A program made the position numbers and the translations under genes. A DNA stretch of 64,000 nt from Tubulanus polymorphus. Taxonomy: Eukaryota > Animalia > Nemertea. The notes beneath the pieces were generated by a model. The model did no database searches, was not told the DNA's origin, and was given only the letters and a program-made list of their open reading frames with translations. This document shows positions 43,301-58,278 of this stretch, piece by piece (positions within the stretch are counted from its first letter, which is position 1; each line of letters opens with the position of its first letter). The stretch lies in assembly GCF_964204645.1 (NCBI RefSeq), contig NC_134033.1, positions 2,810,131-2,874,130 on the forward strand, in the 5' to 3' direction.

Positions 43301-46300
43301 AAACAGAATGATGGTTATTACACGTGGACTGACGGTAAACCATTGAGCTACACAGAGTGGTATAAACCTGTTATTAATGAAACGATACCAGAAGTTATTC
43401 GAGGATTGATATCTCCGCTAAGAAAACAACCGATAAATGACGTCAATATGCCGTGTACGGCGATGATACTGAATAATCCACGAGGATCGGCGAACTGGGT
43501 TCGATTCCCGTGTCAAATCGAGGAGACGCACACGACATTCATTTGTGAATCTGAGAGAATCGACAGCAAAAATGAACACAATTTAACGATAAACGATGCG
43601 AACAATTCAACAAATACAGACTTAAATAAAACCATAGATCAAATGATTCCCGATGTACCTTTAACTAATTCAACCTGTCCAAGAAGTTGGGTAACTATTT
43701 CGGGACAATGTTATCAAATACTAACCGACTGGAAAAACAATCGAGGTTTAAATATTCGGAGTGCTAGAGAAATGTGTCACAGCATCCGCGCCGAAATAGT
43801 AAGAATCACCTCAAATACAGAAAGCGACTTGAAAAATTTGATCAACGAATTTCAATATAGACATCAATATGGCGCTTTTCTGACGATGGACCGCGACGGG
43901 TTTAAAGTTATCAAACCAATGGTGACCAGAAATGAATTTACTTATATTCAATCAGTTAAATGGTTATTGAAACCTTTCGATGATACAAAAGATAAAGTAC
44001 ATTCCGTGTTATGTACCTATAATGCAACTGCTGAGGAGTTAGCTTCTATAAGCGGCTGTAAATCGTGGCAGTTTGAATGTAACGATCAAAGATGCATCAG
44101 CGACCATCGCGTATGTGATAACAGAAACGACTGTCAACACGGTGAAGATGAACTCGATTGTACGGATATCAAGTTACACAGTCAGTTCCGCTGTAACGAT
44201 GGACAGGTTATATCGATAAGCGGTTTCTGTGACTTTATGAGAGATTGCGTCGATGGCTCGGATGAGAACTCGTGTTATCATCCACCGTGTTTATCTACGC
44301 GATATCGCTGTTCCAATCACCAATGCATCGATAGTTATAAACGATGTGACGGACTAGCCAACTGTAAAGACGGTTCCGATGAGATCGGATGCACTGCCGA
44401 ACTTTGTCAGGGATTCTCGTGCGCGGACGGTGAATGTATTAGTTCTCAGTTGTATCGGGATGGTGTCGTGGATTGTAGCGGAAGTCTCGAAGAAGACGAA
44501 TTGGTCACCAATATGACAGTGAATCCCGAGGTTTACTGTAATAATGACAATCACTGTACGACTCGTTTCACAGATCTGTGTAAGGAATCGGATGAACAAA
44601 GATGTTCGTTCAATTCTCCTCGCTGTTATTCCCGACACGAAAGGTGTATTTTAGAAAGGATGCCAATTGGTTTCCCGGTATGTAGAAATCTTGAACATAT
44701 ACTCGCGTGTAATGACTTCGAATGCGCGGCTGGTACTGTAAAATGTCCGACATCTTACTGTATACCGATCAGACACGTTTGTGACGGTCGATCCGATTGT
44801 CCTAATTCAGAAGACGAACGAAACTGCGAGACTTGGTCGTGTCCGGGAATGTTTAAATGCGGCCAGGAAAATCGATGTATTCCGCAATCTGAAGTTTGCG
44901 ACGGTGTCGTAACCTGTAAGCATAACTCGGATGACGAGACATACTGTAAGGTCAGGTGTCATGAACGTTGTAATTGCCGGGGTCATTTCATCGATTGTGA
45001 AAATGCTCTTTTATCGGATATTACTGGTCGTTTTATAGAATCAACTCGGGTTTTGATTTTGTCGAATAACCGAGTCGTATTTAACGAGTCGACGTTCAAC
45101 TCTTTCATTTATCTTCGTTTTCTCGACATTTCGGGCAATAATTTGACTTACATCGTTCCAAACGCGTTTTCTAATCTAAACAATCTATTCACATTAAACC
45201 TGACTCACAACCGCATAACATCATTATCTGCTAATACATTCGCAGGTTTGATCGCTTTAAAACAACTATTTCTTATCGGAAATCCGCTGCAACATTTAGA
45301 AGACGGTAGTTTCCGAGGTCTGACGTCACTTACTGTTCTCGATCTTCACGGACTTTCTATATCGGTTCTCGGTGAAAATGTATTTAAAGGTTTATCCGCA
45401 TTACAGACTTTAAATATCAGCAGTAACAGAATCCATTATATTTCTAGCTATGCTTTTTCGGGATTGGTTCGACTTGAAATTTTAGACCTCGCCAATAATT
45501 TTGAAGTAATATCCGTACAAAGAAACGTTCTTGGCGATCTTACATCATTGAAATACCTCGCTTCGGATGCTTACAAATTTTGCTGCATGGCACCGAATGT
45601 TGACCGATGTCTTCCCGAAGCTGATCAATTTTCGACCTGCTCTGACCTGATGGGTAACGCTGTACTGAGAGCCATCATCTGGATGATCGCATCTTTCAGT
45701 TTTCTCGCTAACGGTATCGTTATTTTATTTCGCGTTCAAGCTTTGCGGGTGGAATCCTCCGGAACACGTAACACATCTTCAGATATCCTCATCATAAATA
45801 TTGCAAGTTGTGATTTTCTGATGTCGGTCTATTTGTTTTTGATCGCGGGAGCTGACCACGCGTTCAAAGGCGTTTATTATCTGAATTCCGAGACCTGGAA
45901 GGATAGCTCATTATGCCGTCTCGCCGGGGTTATTGTCACAGTTTCGTGCGAAGGTTCCTTGACTTTTCTCTTATTTCTAACACGTCAGAGATATTCAAAT
46001 ATCGTCAACCCATTTTCTAGAAGTCCGATTATAACTCCGAAATACGTTATCGGTATTTGCAGCATTTGTTGGCTCGTTATAAGCACAGTTTCTATTCTAC
46101 CGCAGTCATCGTCGTCTTACTTCGGAGACAATTTTTACGGTACAACCGGAGTTTGTTTGCCTATGAATTTACTGACGATCGACGTCAATAGCTGGCACTA
46201 TTCATTCGCTATTTTTGCCTTGTTTAATGCGTCCATATTGGCTACGATAATGGCGACGTACGCTCAGATGTATAGACTAGTATCTGGAAGTAGGTCGGGC

Positions 46301-46576
46301 TCGGGAAGAGCCGATCCTACCGAACTTGTTTTAGCTCGAAGGAGTTTAGTAATCAATCTTTGTAATCTAGTTTGCTGGCTACCGATAATAATCGTTCAGT
46401 TTTGCGCCGTATTTTCGGTCGAGATACCGAACCAGGTGGCCGCTTGGCTGGCCGTTCTATTTCTACCGATCAACTCGTCTCTGAATCCGCTTCTTTATAC
46501 AATACTAACTATCGATATGAAATCTATTCGTGAACGCAATAAACGACTACTAGGATTGACGACATCCAGTAAATAA
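40357..46576 (+). CDS. GRL101: GRL101-like CUB-CTL-LDLa-LRR-7TM receptor, copy 3 (~1,941 aa)
   Basis: Exons 40357-41568, 41882-43225 and 43307-46576; same domain series as copy 2. Intron 2 (43226-43306, 81 nt) is in frame and stop-free, which explains the 1607-aa ORF. Confidence 0.9.
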
Positions 46577-48662
46577 ACAACAGGTTGACAGGAGTCCCTG
46601 TATAATGTTTGCCTGTCTATAAATAGGGGTTGAAACTCGAAATACTAAAACTTAGTTGAGTTCGTTTGAAATCGCTTGACCGAATTAGTTTAATTTTTTA
46701 TTGTGTCATTCACAATAAATAAGTTTCCAGTTTCTAGGCGCCTGGCGGTCCGTCGAGATCCTCATTGTTGCGATAAATTTGCGCTCATTTTTTGAAACAT
46801 ACGTTTTTATTCAATATCATACAGCTCTGCAGTGTATTGAAATTAAATCATGGTGATTAGATATTTCGACTCCACAAAATGTCTACTCGCCATGATCCAT
46901 GTGACGTGTGGAGCTCCTTAGTTCATTCCGGAAGAGTTTGAGTCTTCCGGTCGCGATTTGGGTTGGTTTAATCGAAACGGTAGCAATCATGTCCCGAGAA
47001 AATGGCGAAAGGGCATCATTTAAAAAAACCAATATTTGAAGTTCTCTTGGATGATTCAATTAGTGACGATGGTAGTTTGTATATCAACCCTCATCACGCG
47101 TGAGTGAACACGAAATACCCTGTTAAAATTAACCTAACCTCAGTTTCCTAGAGAGAAATAATTTAAAATTTCTACTCACCGATTTATGTGAGCAGTTTTT
47201 AGATTATCATTCAGCTCACAGGAGTTCTCTATCATACCAGGTTGGTTTAGTCAGCACACACTTGATGCAATCAGGTCCTGATGAAGTGAGGAAGTTCTGG
47301 AATCTGGAAACTTTATTTCTCGGTTTAGTCAACAATCAGATCCTGCACAGGAAGATCTTCTCTGAAAAAGCAACTTAAGTGTTTAATGAGACTTGAATCA
47401 GCTTGAATCCGGCCTAACTTAAGTTTGACATTTAGATTTGAAATTAAAATGTCCGCTCACCGATTCATGTGTGGAACTGCATGGATTTCAATCTGTTATC
47501 GTTTCCTTGGGAGATGTGACATCCGAGCTACAGCACTAATATCTGTCCGGCCTTGTAGGTTTAGTCAGCAAACATTGACAGCAATTAGATCATGTGAGAA
47601 GTAGAGCTTATCTGAAAAACAGTATTGATCTCAATTATAAATTTTAATTTGCCTCGATACATGCACATTGTAATCTGTTATAGCCAGTATAAAAATCCTA
47701 CAAATCTACTCACCACCAATTTCTGTGCGGAGCATCATGGATTATCTCAAAAATGTCTGGAGTTCACGCGTCGGTTTACTCAGCTTCGGGGTATTGGCAG
47801 CAATCAGGTCCTGAGTGAGGAATGGCTGATCTGAAAAACAACAATTTCATATTTCAGTTCTGACTGGAAGAATCAATTTTAAGTTTAGGTTGGATGTCCG
47901 AGTGAGATCCCAGAGACAGGGAGTCAATTAGACAAAGTTATCCACGAGATGTGAACTGTCGAAAACATCCCTCGGCAACTTCCCAAATTAGTCTTTAAAT
48001 TAGTGAAAAAAAACTTATAGATCTCCCTTTCTACTAACCTAAACTCACGTAAGGACCGGACATATATGCGCGTGTATAGTGAATTCAACGTGTTTTAAGA
48101 ATTAATCCAAACTGGTTCAATTCAAATCGAAACGTATTCATTGATTTCAAAGACCGAAGACAATAACATGACATAATATGAACTGAGTTTGTCATAATGC
48201 GGTTCAATGGACACGAGAACCACTGGCTACAAAATACCGGACTGACCCTGTTAATATTTTAACTTTAGAAACCTAACTAATATATGAAGTAGATATAATA
48301 TCAGATATTCTCTAACAGTCCTCGTTAAAATGATATTTCTATACAGTAAATTAAATCCTTTCAAAATTGAATTAACTGAAAAATCACTTTGCAAGACAAT
48401 CTGTTAATTACATTTACATTGTCTATAACTCGAATTGTCACTGAAATCGAACACACATCATAGAACTATTTGCAATCGATTTATCAAATAAAATGAATTA
48501 AGATGATATCATCATAGGAAATATGCGATACATTCAATTAATCAAATGTCCATTGTCTGTAACTTGTTAGAACTGTCTAAGCACCTGCAGCAACAGCAGT
48601 AGTAGTAATAGTAGCCAAGCAGGAAATACTGCTATTTATATTTATGAATTCTAGTCATCAAG

Positions 48663-49286
48663 ATGATAAATAGAGGCTACTTTACTACTTTTCTCTTAAT
48701 TCTAACGCGTCAGAGATATTCAAATATCGTCGACCCGTGTTCTAGAAGTCCGATTATAACTCCGAAATACGTTATCGGTATTTGCTGCATTTGTTGGGTC
48801 GTTATAAGCACAGTTTCTATTCTACCGCTGTCATCGTCGTCTTACTTCGGAGACAATTTTTACGGTACAACCGGAGTTTGTTTGCCTTTGAATTTACTGA
48901 CGATCGACGTCAATGGCTGGCTCTATTCCTTCGCTATTTTTGCCTTGTTCAATGCGGCCATATTGGCTACGATAATGACGACGTACGCTCAGATGTATAG
49001 ACTCGTATCTGGAAGTAGGTCGGGTTCGGGAAGAGCCGATCCTACCGAACTGGTTTTAGCTCGAAGGAGTTTAGTAATCAATCTTTGTAATCTATTTTGC
49101 TGGCTACCGATAATAATCGTTCAGTTTTGCGTCGTTTTTTCGGTCGAGATACCGAACCAGGTGGCCGCTTGGCTGGCCGTTCTATTTTTACCGATCAACT
49201 CCTCTCTGAATCCGCTTCTTTATACAATACTGACGATCGATATGAAATCAATTAGAACGAGATATAAACGTCAACAAAAGAAGTAG
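48663..49286 (+). pseudogene. 5'-deleted GRL101-like fragment (end of TM3 to TM7, RTRYKRQQKK tail)
   Basis: Homology to the receptor starts abruptly at ~48688. Upstream sequence matches the spacer at ~14400-14598, and the 3' flank matches that of copy 2. Confidence 0.85.
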
Positions 49287-49590
49287 ATTAAGAAAACTTC
49301 AGTAGCAATTAAAGAGCTTTTAAACGAATCGTTTTAATGTTCATGGTCGCGCACCAAACTCTAGTAATGAATCTAAAGAACAAAGGACAGATATTAACGG
49401 TGACCTTTGGGCCTATGGTCCATTCAGTTTTTTTATCACTACTTTATCTAAACAGTTCATATGAAATAGTTTTTTTTCGTAGCCATTAGATTAATTGTAG
49501 ATTGTTTGTTAAATGCAATAGTATTTGCTTAAGGTGTGGATTTAAGGTGCTCGGTGAGCCCTTTACTGACCAGTTTACTGATCAGGAATA

Positions 49591-50526
49591 GGGACCGTGC
49601 ATAAAGTACGTACGCTTGACTTCCGGGTATTTTTAACCCCCCTCCCCCCTTGTACGCTCATTGTACGTTTTTTATAACCCCCCTTGCGTACATACTTTTA
49701 GGGGTAACCCTCCCCAGTAAAACAGAATTTTCAGGAATAATGGTTTAAAGAAGGCAAAATCCACCCTGATTCAACAGAGTTCCTGTTGACGTTGATCAAC
49801 GATCTTCCATGGCGACGAAATGAAAGACTGAAAGTGGGGAATTCCCGAGATCCAAATATAATATATTGAATGCAACAAACCCAGGGAGACCGGTTTCGCA
49901 ATTAAGGCAGTGTTTGCTGTACATAAAAGGAAGACAGGTTTACCCACAGGCATAGATGTTTATATTAAAATAATGATCACAATAAAAATAAACTATTGTT
50001 TGTTTTATTCTACTACCTATTGAATATAATTATGAACAGATGTATCTATCATTTCAACAGATTTATCTTCAAGTCAGTTTAATAAAAAACAATTGTAAAA
50101 TGTCAGAATATGCGGCTTTGTATGCCTCCATAAACTGGTCATATTTCGTAGCGGCCATTATCGTAGGATCTAATAAAGAGTACCAATGTTGAAACAATAG
50201 TGTATGTTTAAATGAGCAATTAGCGACAGCTACGGCTTATGATCGAACCCCAAACAGTCGAATGTGAAAAAATAATCCAACAAACTTCAAGTAATATATT
50301 CATTTAATTTTCACTAGACACACTTAGGATCGTCGGCAAACGGATTTGTGAAATTCACATTATGTTTCGTGCACAAAGTACGTACTATTAATATTAACCC
50401 TCCCCCCTTGGAAAGTATGTACGTTTTTAGCTGACCCCTCCCCTCCCCCTGTACGCTTTTGTACGGATTTTAAGAACCCACCACCCCCCCCCCTCCTACG
50501 GACGTACGTACTTTATGCACGGCCCC
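49591..50526. mobile_element. 936-bp non-autonomous DNA transposon, PIF/Harbinger-like
   Basis: 24-bp TIR GGG(A/G)CCGTGCATAAAGTACGTACG; 3-bp TSD ATA; empty paralogous site at ~22236 (gaaata|gacgattacat). Confidence 0.85.
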
Positions 50527-51922
50527 ATAGACGATTACATAGATGACGACTTATTAATCTATGAATGTATTCACTGATGTAGTGTGAGCGTGTGTGTGTA
50601 AGAGTGATTGGTTTGATTTTTCTTTTAGTACGGTATTGATAACATACTACAAGACATAGATTAAATTTCTTATGAATATAATCGGATTATCGGATTATCC
50701 GTAATCCACCGAACGCCGAAGGCACACGAGAATTTATGAATCACGAATGTTCTTCTTTATAGTTTACTATGTACGTATATTTGTATGTAGAGATGTACAT
50801 TGAGAAATCTTGGGGGTAGGCGGGGGTAACAGTAAATGGGAGGGCTGTATATCGGGGGTTGACTGTATTCATATTATAGTTAAGCAAGCCACGACAAGGT
50901 CAATATTGGTTAAGAAAAACTCTCCCTAAAGAAATTGACGTTTTAATCGGAATCAATATTTCAAAAAGAAATATTCCGTCCTGTTTACCAAACATAATCA
51001 ATAATTCAGAATTTTCGTTTATATGTATCTGAGTATAGATTTTCAATTTCTTGGTTACGTAAAACGCAATTTACTCATTCGGAAAGTAAAAGCTGACGTT
51101 TCCAAGAGTTTGACCGTTCATTGATGTGTCGATATCGTTCTCTGCGGACATGGAGCGACCGTGATTGCTGAGATCGTCTGTCGATGCCGATTCTCGCGAG
51201 GACGAGGAATCTCCCGTGACCGACAGCACGACACGGTACAAACTGCTCTACAAATCTATGTATTGTTCTACAAATTTTGCTCGCGATAATTCGATTTTCA
51301 AAGGGATTTAATGCGGCTTTTAAAGCGAACCCTAAAGGTTACTGAGAACTGGTAGAATATCTGATCATCCACGTCATACATTCGATATGTATTCGAGAAG
51401 ATATTTGAAGTTGAAATAAGTACTATCCTGCTATTATTCCAGCCGGTGGTGCTCGTGTCCATTGAACGGCAAATGACCGAACCAGTTCATACTGCGTCCT
51501 GTTATTGTCATCGGTCTTTGAAATTAGAAGAAATACGTTCGATTTGAGTTGAACAGAACCCGAGGAATATTTTGCAGTAAAGATAGAGAAAATATCATTC
51601 GGTACGCAGTTCGGTAGCGACGGTGAATATATTTTGAATGAAAAATTGCGCGTGATTATAAACACGATATATTGAAACACGTCTAAATTTAGAAACCGCG
51701 GTAATTACAGCGAAACCGAGAACAGATTAAAGTTTCACAAATACGAGACTGGCGCCAGTTTGATGGGCGGATTTTTTTTCAAAATAATTGGACTCGATCC
51801 ATTCGTCAACTTCAGACATTTGCGAATTCGTCATTACTTTACAGCTACTCGTTAGTGAAATATCGCGCAAACTTAGAAATAGTTAGAAATGTGTTTGTTT
51901 TGAAGCGTGAATTGTGTTCAAT

Positions 51923-54900
51923 ATGCAGCGAATGAAAGCGTTGTTCGTAGTTTTACTGATCGCTTGCGGAGACTGTATATTTACGCGGGCTGATCGCGCA
52001 AACTCTGTCGAGGAAGCCGCGTCTGTTACAGTCAGTTCATCTTGTAACAACACTCAATACTCCGTCGATTCTACGTCCGGTTACATCGTTTCACCGAACT
52101 ATCCGTCGTTAGTGCGCGGTGTCGAATGTCGTTGGTTCGTCAACAGCTCTTTACCGGGAAGTTTTCTCGTTCAAGTTTACTACGATATCGAGCCGTCGAT
52201 ATTCTGTAACGAAAACTACCTTCTCGTCGGTGAGTCCGACAACAAACTCTGCGCTACCGGAAGAAAACAACAAGATATCCGCAGTAAAGATTTGATTTCG
52301 TTGTTGTTTAGGAGTAACGTCGATGGAGCGCGAGGTAGTCGGGTTTATATCATATATCGTTTTGAAGAACAGAGTCGCTTGAAAATCGTACATACATGTT
52401 ACAAACATGCAGTAAACGAAATACCAACTCAAACAGGTTATAAATTCACAATTTCTTCTCGGCGATGTAAATTGTTGTTAGAATGGATCGGCATGCCAGA
52501 CGGGTTCGCAATGAATTTAACGTTTATACAGATAGATTTCAGATTAAGACCAGAAGAGGATCCAATAAAAACTCGTCCTCAAATTTACGACGGATGGAAC
52601 AGCACCAGTGAACCTATAGCTGTTATTCGAGAACAAACCGGACATCCACCTTCATCGTTTTACACTAAAACTAATAAAGCACGTATTGAATTCATTTCAA
52701 GTACACAGTCGTTTAAATCAAAGTTACTCGTGCAAGTTTACAAAATATCAGATTGGAACATCTCTAACCCGTTAATTCAAGTCTATAATAAATCAGGACT
52801 GCTCACTACAATTGATGGAATACCACATATAGTAACTCAGTCTAAACACTTATACTGCTGGTCTATCACAGTCGATGTTCTGCAGTACGTCGTCTTCAAC
52901 TGGACACGTGATCTCGTCTCGTCACCAGGTGTCGTTGGTGTATATAAACGGGAAGGGTTACGTATTGTGAGAACTGATATTTTACTCAGTTTTAACCATC
53001 TTAAATCTCTGAGTGTAAAATCAGACGGATTTCTCGTGATTCTGTGCGTTTTGACGACATCGGATTTTGTAAGATCGAATTTGAAAATAGAATTTGAAGT
53101 GAAATCAATAACAATATCAGACGTCTACGTCAATAAGTTAAGGATAGAGGTAAGTTTATTACAGAGATTTGTAAATTGGGTTCGTGTAATAGAATCATTG
53201 TAATAGGGATTTTGAAATTGTTGTAGTGTTCAACGTGATAAAACTACGCAATAAATCGCGAGAGACGAATGAAATATAAGTCCCACAATCACAGCATCGA
53301 AAAAGATTTTAAAACATCAAAACTATTAAAATTTATTAAAAACCTCGAATTTTCGGTTTTATGCTGAAAACCATTTTCAAGAGTGACTAAAAGTATGGCA
53401 TTACACAGAATATATATCAATTAACAACGACATACACTATTGCACATAAAAACTAGGTGATATTGACCTGAGAGGAAATGTATAGGGACAAAAGTTTATT
53501 ATGGGGGAGGATTGTAAACGTAAAAATTGATTGTAAACGTTCAATGCTGTTATCAATTTCCTGATATTTCAGAATGGTGGAGGCGTGACATCAATAATAG
53601 CTGGTCACTTGTTCCTAAAATCAAAGAATACATTGTATCGTGTAACTACATTACAACTAAACTGGAAAGTGAACATCTATGAAGAACAGTTGAAACTAAC
53701 AGTGCTATCAGAAAACTGTGATCGAGCTGGTTTTTATATATTTGATGGTAGTAATTTCACAGCTAGACGCTATGGTCCGTATTGTCCTGGTTCATTCTAC
53801 GGTCGATCTTTCGTCAGCCATATTACATCAGGTGGACCGGTTACTGTAGTAGCATACGCTTATTACTATAACAATCAGTTAACAGTTGGTAGCACATATC
53901 TTAGATTTGCTCCTACTGATTGTGATGGTTATGTTCTACAGGAAGGACAACGTCAGATCAATATGACGTCACACTGTCTCGTGATTACACCTGAAAATCG
54001 ACGCCTTCGCTTGAAAAATATTCACATATTATCAGAACACGAATATCAAATTGACCGATGTTTTCTCAAGATGTCATGGCGATGTGATCAGTTTTTGAGT
54101 TTGAGTAATCAGTTTCTTAATAACAGTCTCGTATTAAACACTGTAGGTTTCACAGTTTATGAGTTTGGATTCTGGCAGTATCCACTAATAGTTAAACTAC
54201 GTCGTAAATGTCTACGAGTGAAAAAATCGGATAGTTTTGGATTTGCCGGTTCCCGTCTCCCAGTTACTACTAAAGATAAATGTGGACTCGTGCAGTCACC
54301 GAACTACCCGGGTCGGGCAATACGTACATCAGAATCTATTTCCTATGAATTTGAAAACCCGATACAACAAAATATATTTCAATATTACAGATTTATTGTC
54401 AAATTTATTGGATCAGTTTCATGTGAAACAAACAACGAGGGTAAAAATGATCCAATCATTTTGATACAGCTGATAATGTACTACCTCTTCCAAAATGGAA
54501 AACTGTTCAAAATTATAAGGACCCAACATGAAACTTTAATATGTGAAAATAACGCGGTTCGTGGACTTATATTTTATAGTCTAACAGATAATACTCTGCG
54601 TTTTGAAGTAAACAATTTCATTCCGACATTTCAAATACAATACACTTTGCACGAGTCGTTACCGATTAAACATTTCGATGATTTCTACTGTAAACAAGGA
54701 TTTCTGGATTCCGAAATTTCCTGCATCAATTTCATCAGAGATGAACGTCTGAATTGGGAGAACGCTGAAATATACTGTAGACAGAAGTACGCGGGACATC
54801 TACTCAGTATCAACTCAGAACGGGAAATGATTTCCATCAAAAGATTATTCGCTACAGAACTTCTCCGAATCGCGTACTCATTAAAAGCGCCCATAATGAT

Positions 54901-57900
54901 GATTGGATTGAAATGGCAGGTAAGACTAATGTTGGCAAATATATATTAGAAAAGTAAGACTTTTAATGAAAAATTGTTAAATAATTTATCATTTTGTTCA
55001 CGAAACAGAATGATGGTTATTACACGTGGACTGACGGTAAACCATTGAGCTACAACGAATGGTATAAACCTGTTATTAATGAAACGATACCAGAAGTTAT
55101 TCGAGGATTGATATCTCCGCTGAGAAAACAACCGATAAATGACGTCAATATGCCGTGTACGGCGATGATACTGAATAATCCACGAGGATCGGCGAACTGG
55201 GTTCGATTCCCGTGTCAAATCGAGGAGACGCACACGACATTCATTTGTGAATCCGAGAGAATCGACATCAAAAACAAACACAATTCAACGATAAACGATG
55301 CGAACAATTCAACAAATACAGACTTAAATAAAACCATAGATCAAATCATTCCCGATGTTACTTTGATTAATTCAACCTGTCCAAGAGGTTGGGTAACTAA
55401 TTCTGGACAATGTTATCACATACTAACCGACTGGAAAAACAATCGAGGTTTGAATATTCGGAGTGCTAGAGAAATGTGTCACAGCATCCACGCCGAAATA
55501 GTAAGACTCACTTCAAATACAGAAAGCTATATGAACAATTTGGTCAGTGAATTTCAATATCGACATCAATATGGCGCTATTCTGACGATGGGCCACGACG
55601 GATTTAAAGTTGCCAAACCACTGGTGACCAGAAATGAAATTACTTATATTCAATCGGTTAAATGGTTATTGAAACCTTTCGATAATACAGGAGATAAAGT
55701 GCATTCCGTGCTATGTACCTATAATGTAACTGTTGAAGAGTTAGCTTCTATAAGCGGTTGTAAATCGTGGCAGTTTGAATGTAACGATCAAAGATGTATC
55801 AGCGACCATCGCGTATGTGATACCAGACACGACTGTCAACACGGTGAAGATGAACTCGATTGTACGAATTTCAATTTACACAGTCAGTTCCGCTGTAACG
55901 ATGGACAGGTTATATCGATTAGCGGTTTCTGTGACTTTATGAGAGATTGCGTCGATGGCTCGGATGAGAACTCGTGCTATCATCCACCGTGTTTATCTAC
56001 GCAATATCGCTGTTCCAATCACCAATGTATCGATAGTTATAAACGATGTGACGGACTAGCCAACTGTGAAGACGGTTCCGATGAGATCGGATGCACTTCC
56101 GAACTTTGTCAGGGGTTCTCGTGCGTGGACGGTGAATGTATTAGTTCTCAGTTGTATCGGGATGGTGTCGTGGATTGTAGCGGAAGTCTCGAAGAAGACG
56201 AATTGGTCACTAATATGACAGTGAATCCCGAGGTTTACTGTAATAATGACAATCACTGTACGACTCGTTTCACAGATCTGTGCAAGGAATCGGATGAACA
56301 AAGATGTTCGTTCAATTCTCCTCGCTGTTATTCCCGACACGAAAGGTGTATTTTAGAAAGGATGCCGATTGGTTTCCCGGTATGTAGAAATCTTGAACAT
56401 ATACTCGCGTGTAATGACTTCGAATGCGCGGCTGGTACTGTAAAATGTCCGGCATCTTACTGTATACCGATCAGACACGTTTGTGACGGTCGATCCGATT
56501 GTCCTAATTCAGAAGATGAACGAAACTGCGAGACTTGGTCGTGTCCCGGAATGTTTAAATGTGGCCAGGAAAATCGATGTATTCCGCAATCTGAAGTTTG
56601 CGACGGAGTAGTAAATTGTAAACATAACTCTGATGACGAGTCATACTGTAAGGTCACGTGTCCTGAACGTTGTAATTGCCGGGGTCATTTCATCGATTGT
56701 GAAAATGCTCTTTTATCAGATATTACTGGTCGTTTTATAGAATCAACTCGGGTTTTGATTTTGTCGAATAACCGAGCCGTATTTAACGAGTCGACGTTAA
56801 ACTCTTTCATTTATCTTCGTTTTCTCGATATTTCGGACAATAATTTGTCTTACATCGTTCCAAACGCGTTTTCTAGTCTAAACAATCTATACACATTAGA
56901 CCTTACACACAACCGCATAACATCATTATCTGCTAATACATTCGCAGGTTTGATCGGTTTAAAACAACTATTTCTTATCGGAAATCCGCTGCAACATTTA
57001 GAAGACGGTAGTTTTCGAGGTCTGACGTCACTTACTGTTCTCGATCTTCACGGACTTTCTATATCGGTTCTCGGTGAAAATGTATTTAAAGGTTTATCCG
57101 CATTACAGTCGTTAAATATCAGCAGTAACAAAATACATTATATTTCCAGTTATGCTTTTTCTGGATTGGTTGGACTAGAAATTCTAGACCTTGTCAAAAA
57201 TGCCGAAGTGATATTTGTAAAAGGAAACGTTCTTGGCGATCTTACATCATTGAAATACCTCGCTTCAGATGCTTACAAATTTTGCTGCATGGCAACGAAT
57301 GTTGACCGATGTCTTCCCGAAGCTGATCAATTTTCCACCTGCTCTGACCTGATGGGTAACGCTGTACTGAGAGCCATCATCTGGATGATCGCATCTTTCA
57401 GTTTTCTCGCTAACAGTATCGTTATTTTATTTCGCGTTCAAGCTTTGCGGATGGAATCCTCCGGAACACGTAACACATCTTCAGATATCTTCATCATAAA
57501 TATTGCCGGTTGTGATTTTCTGATGTCGGTCTATTTGTTTTTGATCGCGGGAGCTGACCATGTGTTCAAAGGCGTTTATTATCTGAATTCTGAAACCTGG
57601 ACGGATAGCTCATTATGTCGTCTCGCCGGGATTATTGTCACCGTTTCGTGCGAAGGTTCCTTGACCTTTCTCTTGATTCTAACGCGTCAGAGATATTCAA
57701 ATATCGTCAACCCGTTTTCTAGAAGTCCGATTATAACTCCTAAATACGTTATCGGGATTTGCTGCATTTGTTGGCTCGTTATGAGCACAGTTTCTATTCT
57801 ACCGCTGTCATCGTCGTCTTACTTCGGAGACAATTTTTACGGTACAACCGGAGTCTGTTTGCCTATGAATTTACTGACGATCGACGTCAATGGCTGGCAC

Positions 57901-58278
57901 TATTCATTCGCTATTTTTGCCTTGTTTAATGCGGCCATATTGGCTACGATAATGACGACGTACGCTCAGATGTATAGACTCGTATCTGGAAGTAGGTCGG
58001 GCTCGGGTAGAGCCGATCCTACCGAACTGGTTTTAGCTCGAAGGAGTTTAGTAATCAATCTTTGTAATCTATTTTGCTGGCTACCGATAATAATCGTTCA
58101 GTTTTGCGCCGTATTTTCGGTCGAGATACCGAACCAGGTGGCCGCTTGGCTGGCCGTTCTATTTTTACCGATCAACTCGTCTCTGAATCCGCTTCTTTAT
58201 ACAATACTTACAATCGATATGAAATCTATTCGTGAACGCAATAAACGACGACTAGGATTGACGACATCCAGTAAATAA
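51923..58278 (+). CDS. GRL101: GRL101-like CUB-CTL-LDLa-LRR-7TM receptor, copy 4 (~1,947 aa)
   Basis: Exons 51923-53149, 53573-54919 and 55009-58278. Intron 2 is 89 nt, so splicing is required to join the frames, which supports the intron model for all copies. Confidence 0.9.
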
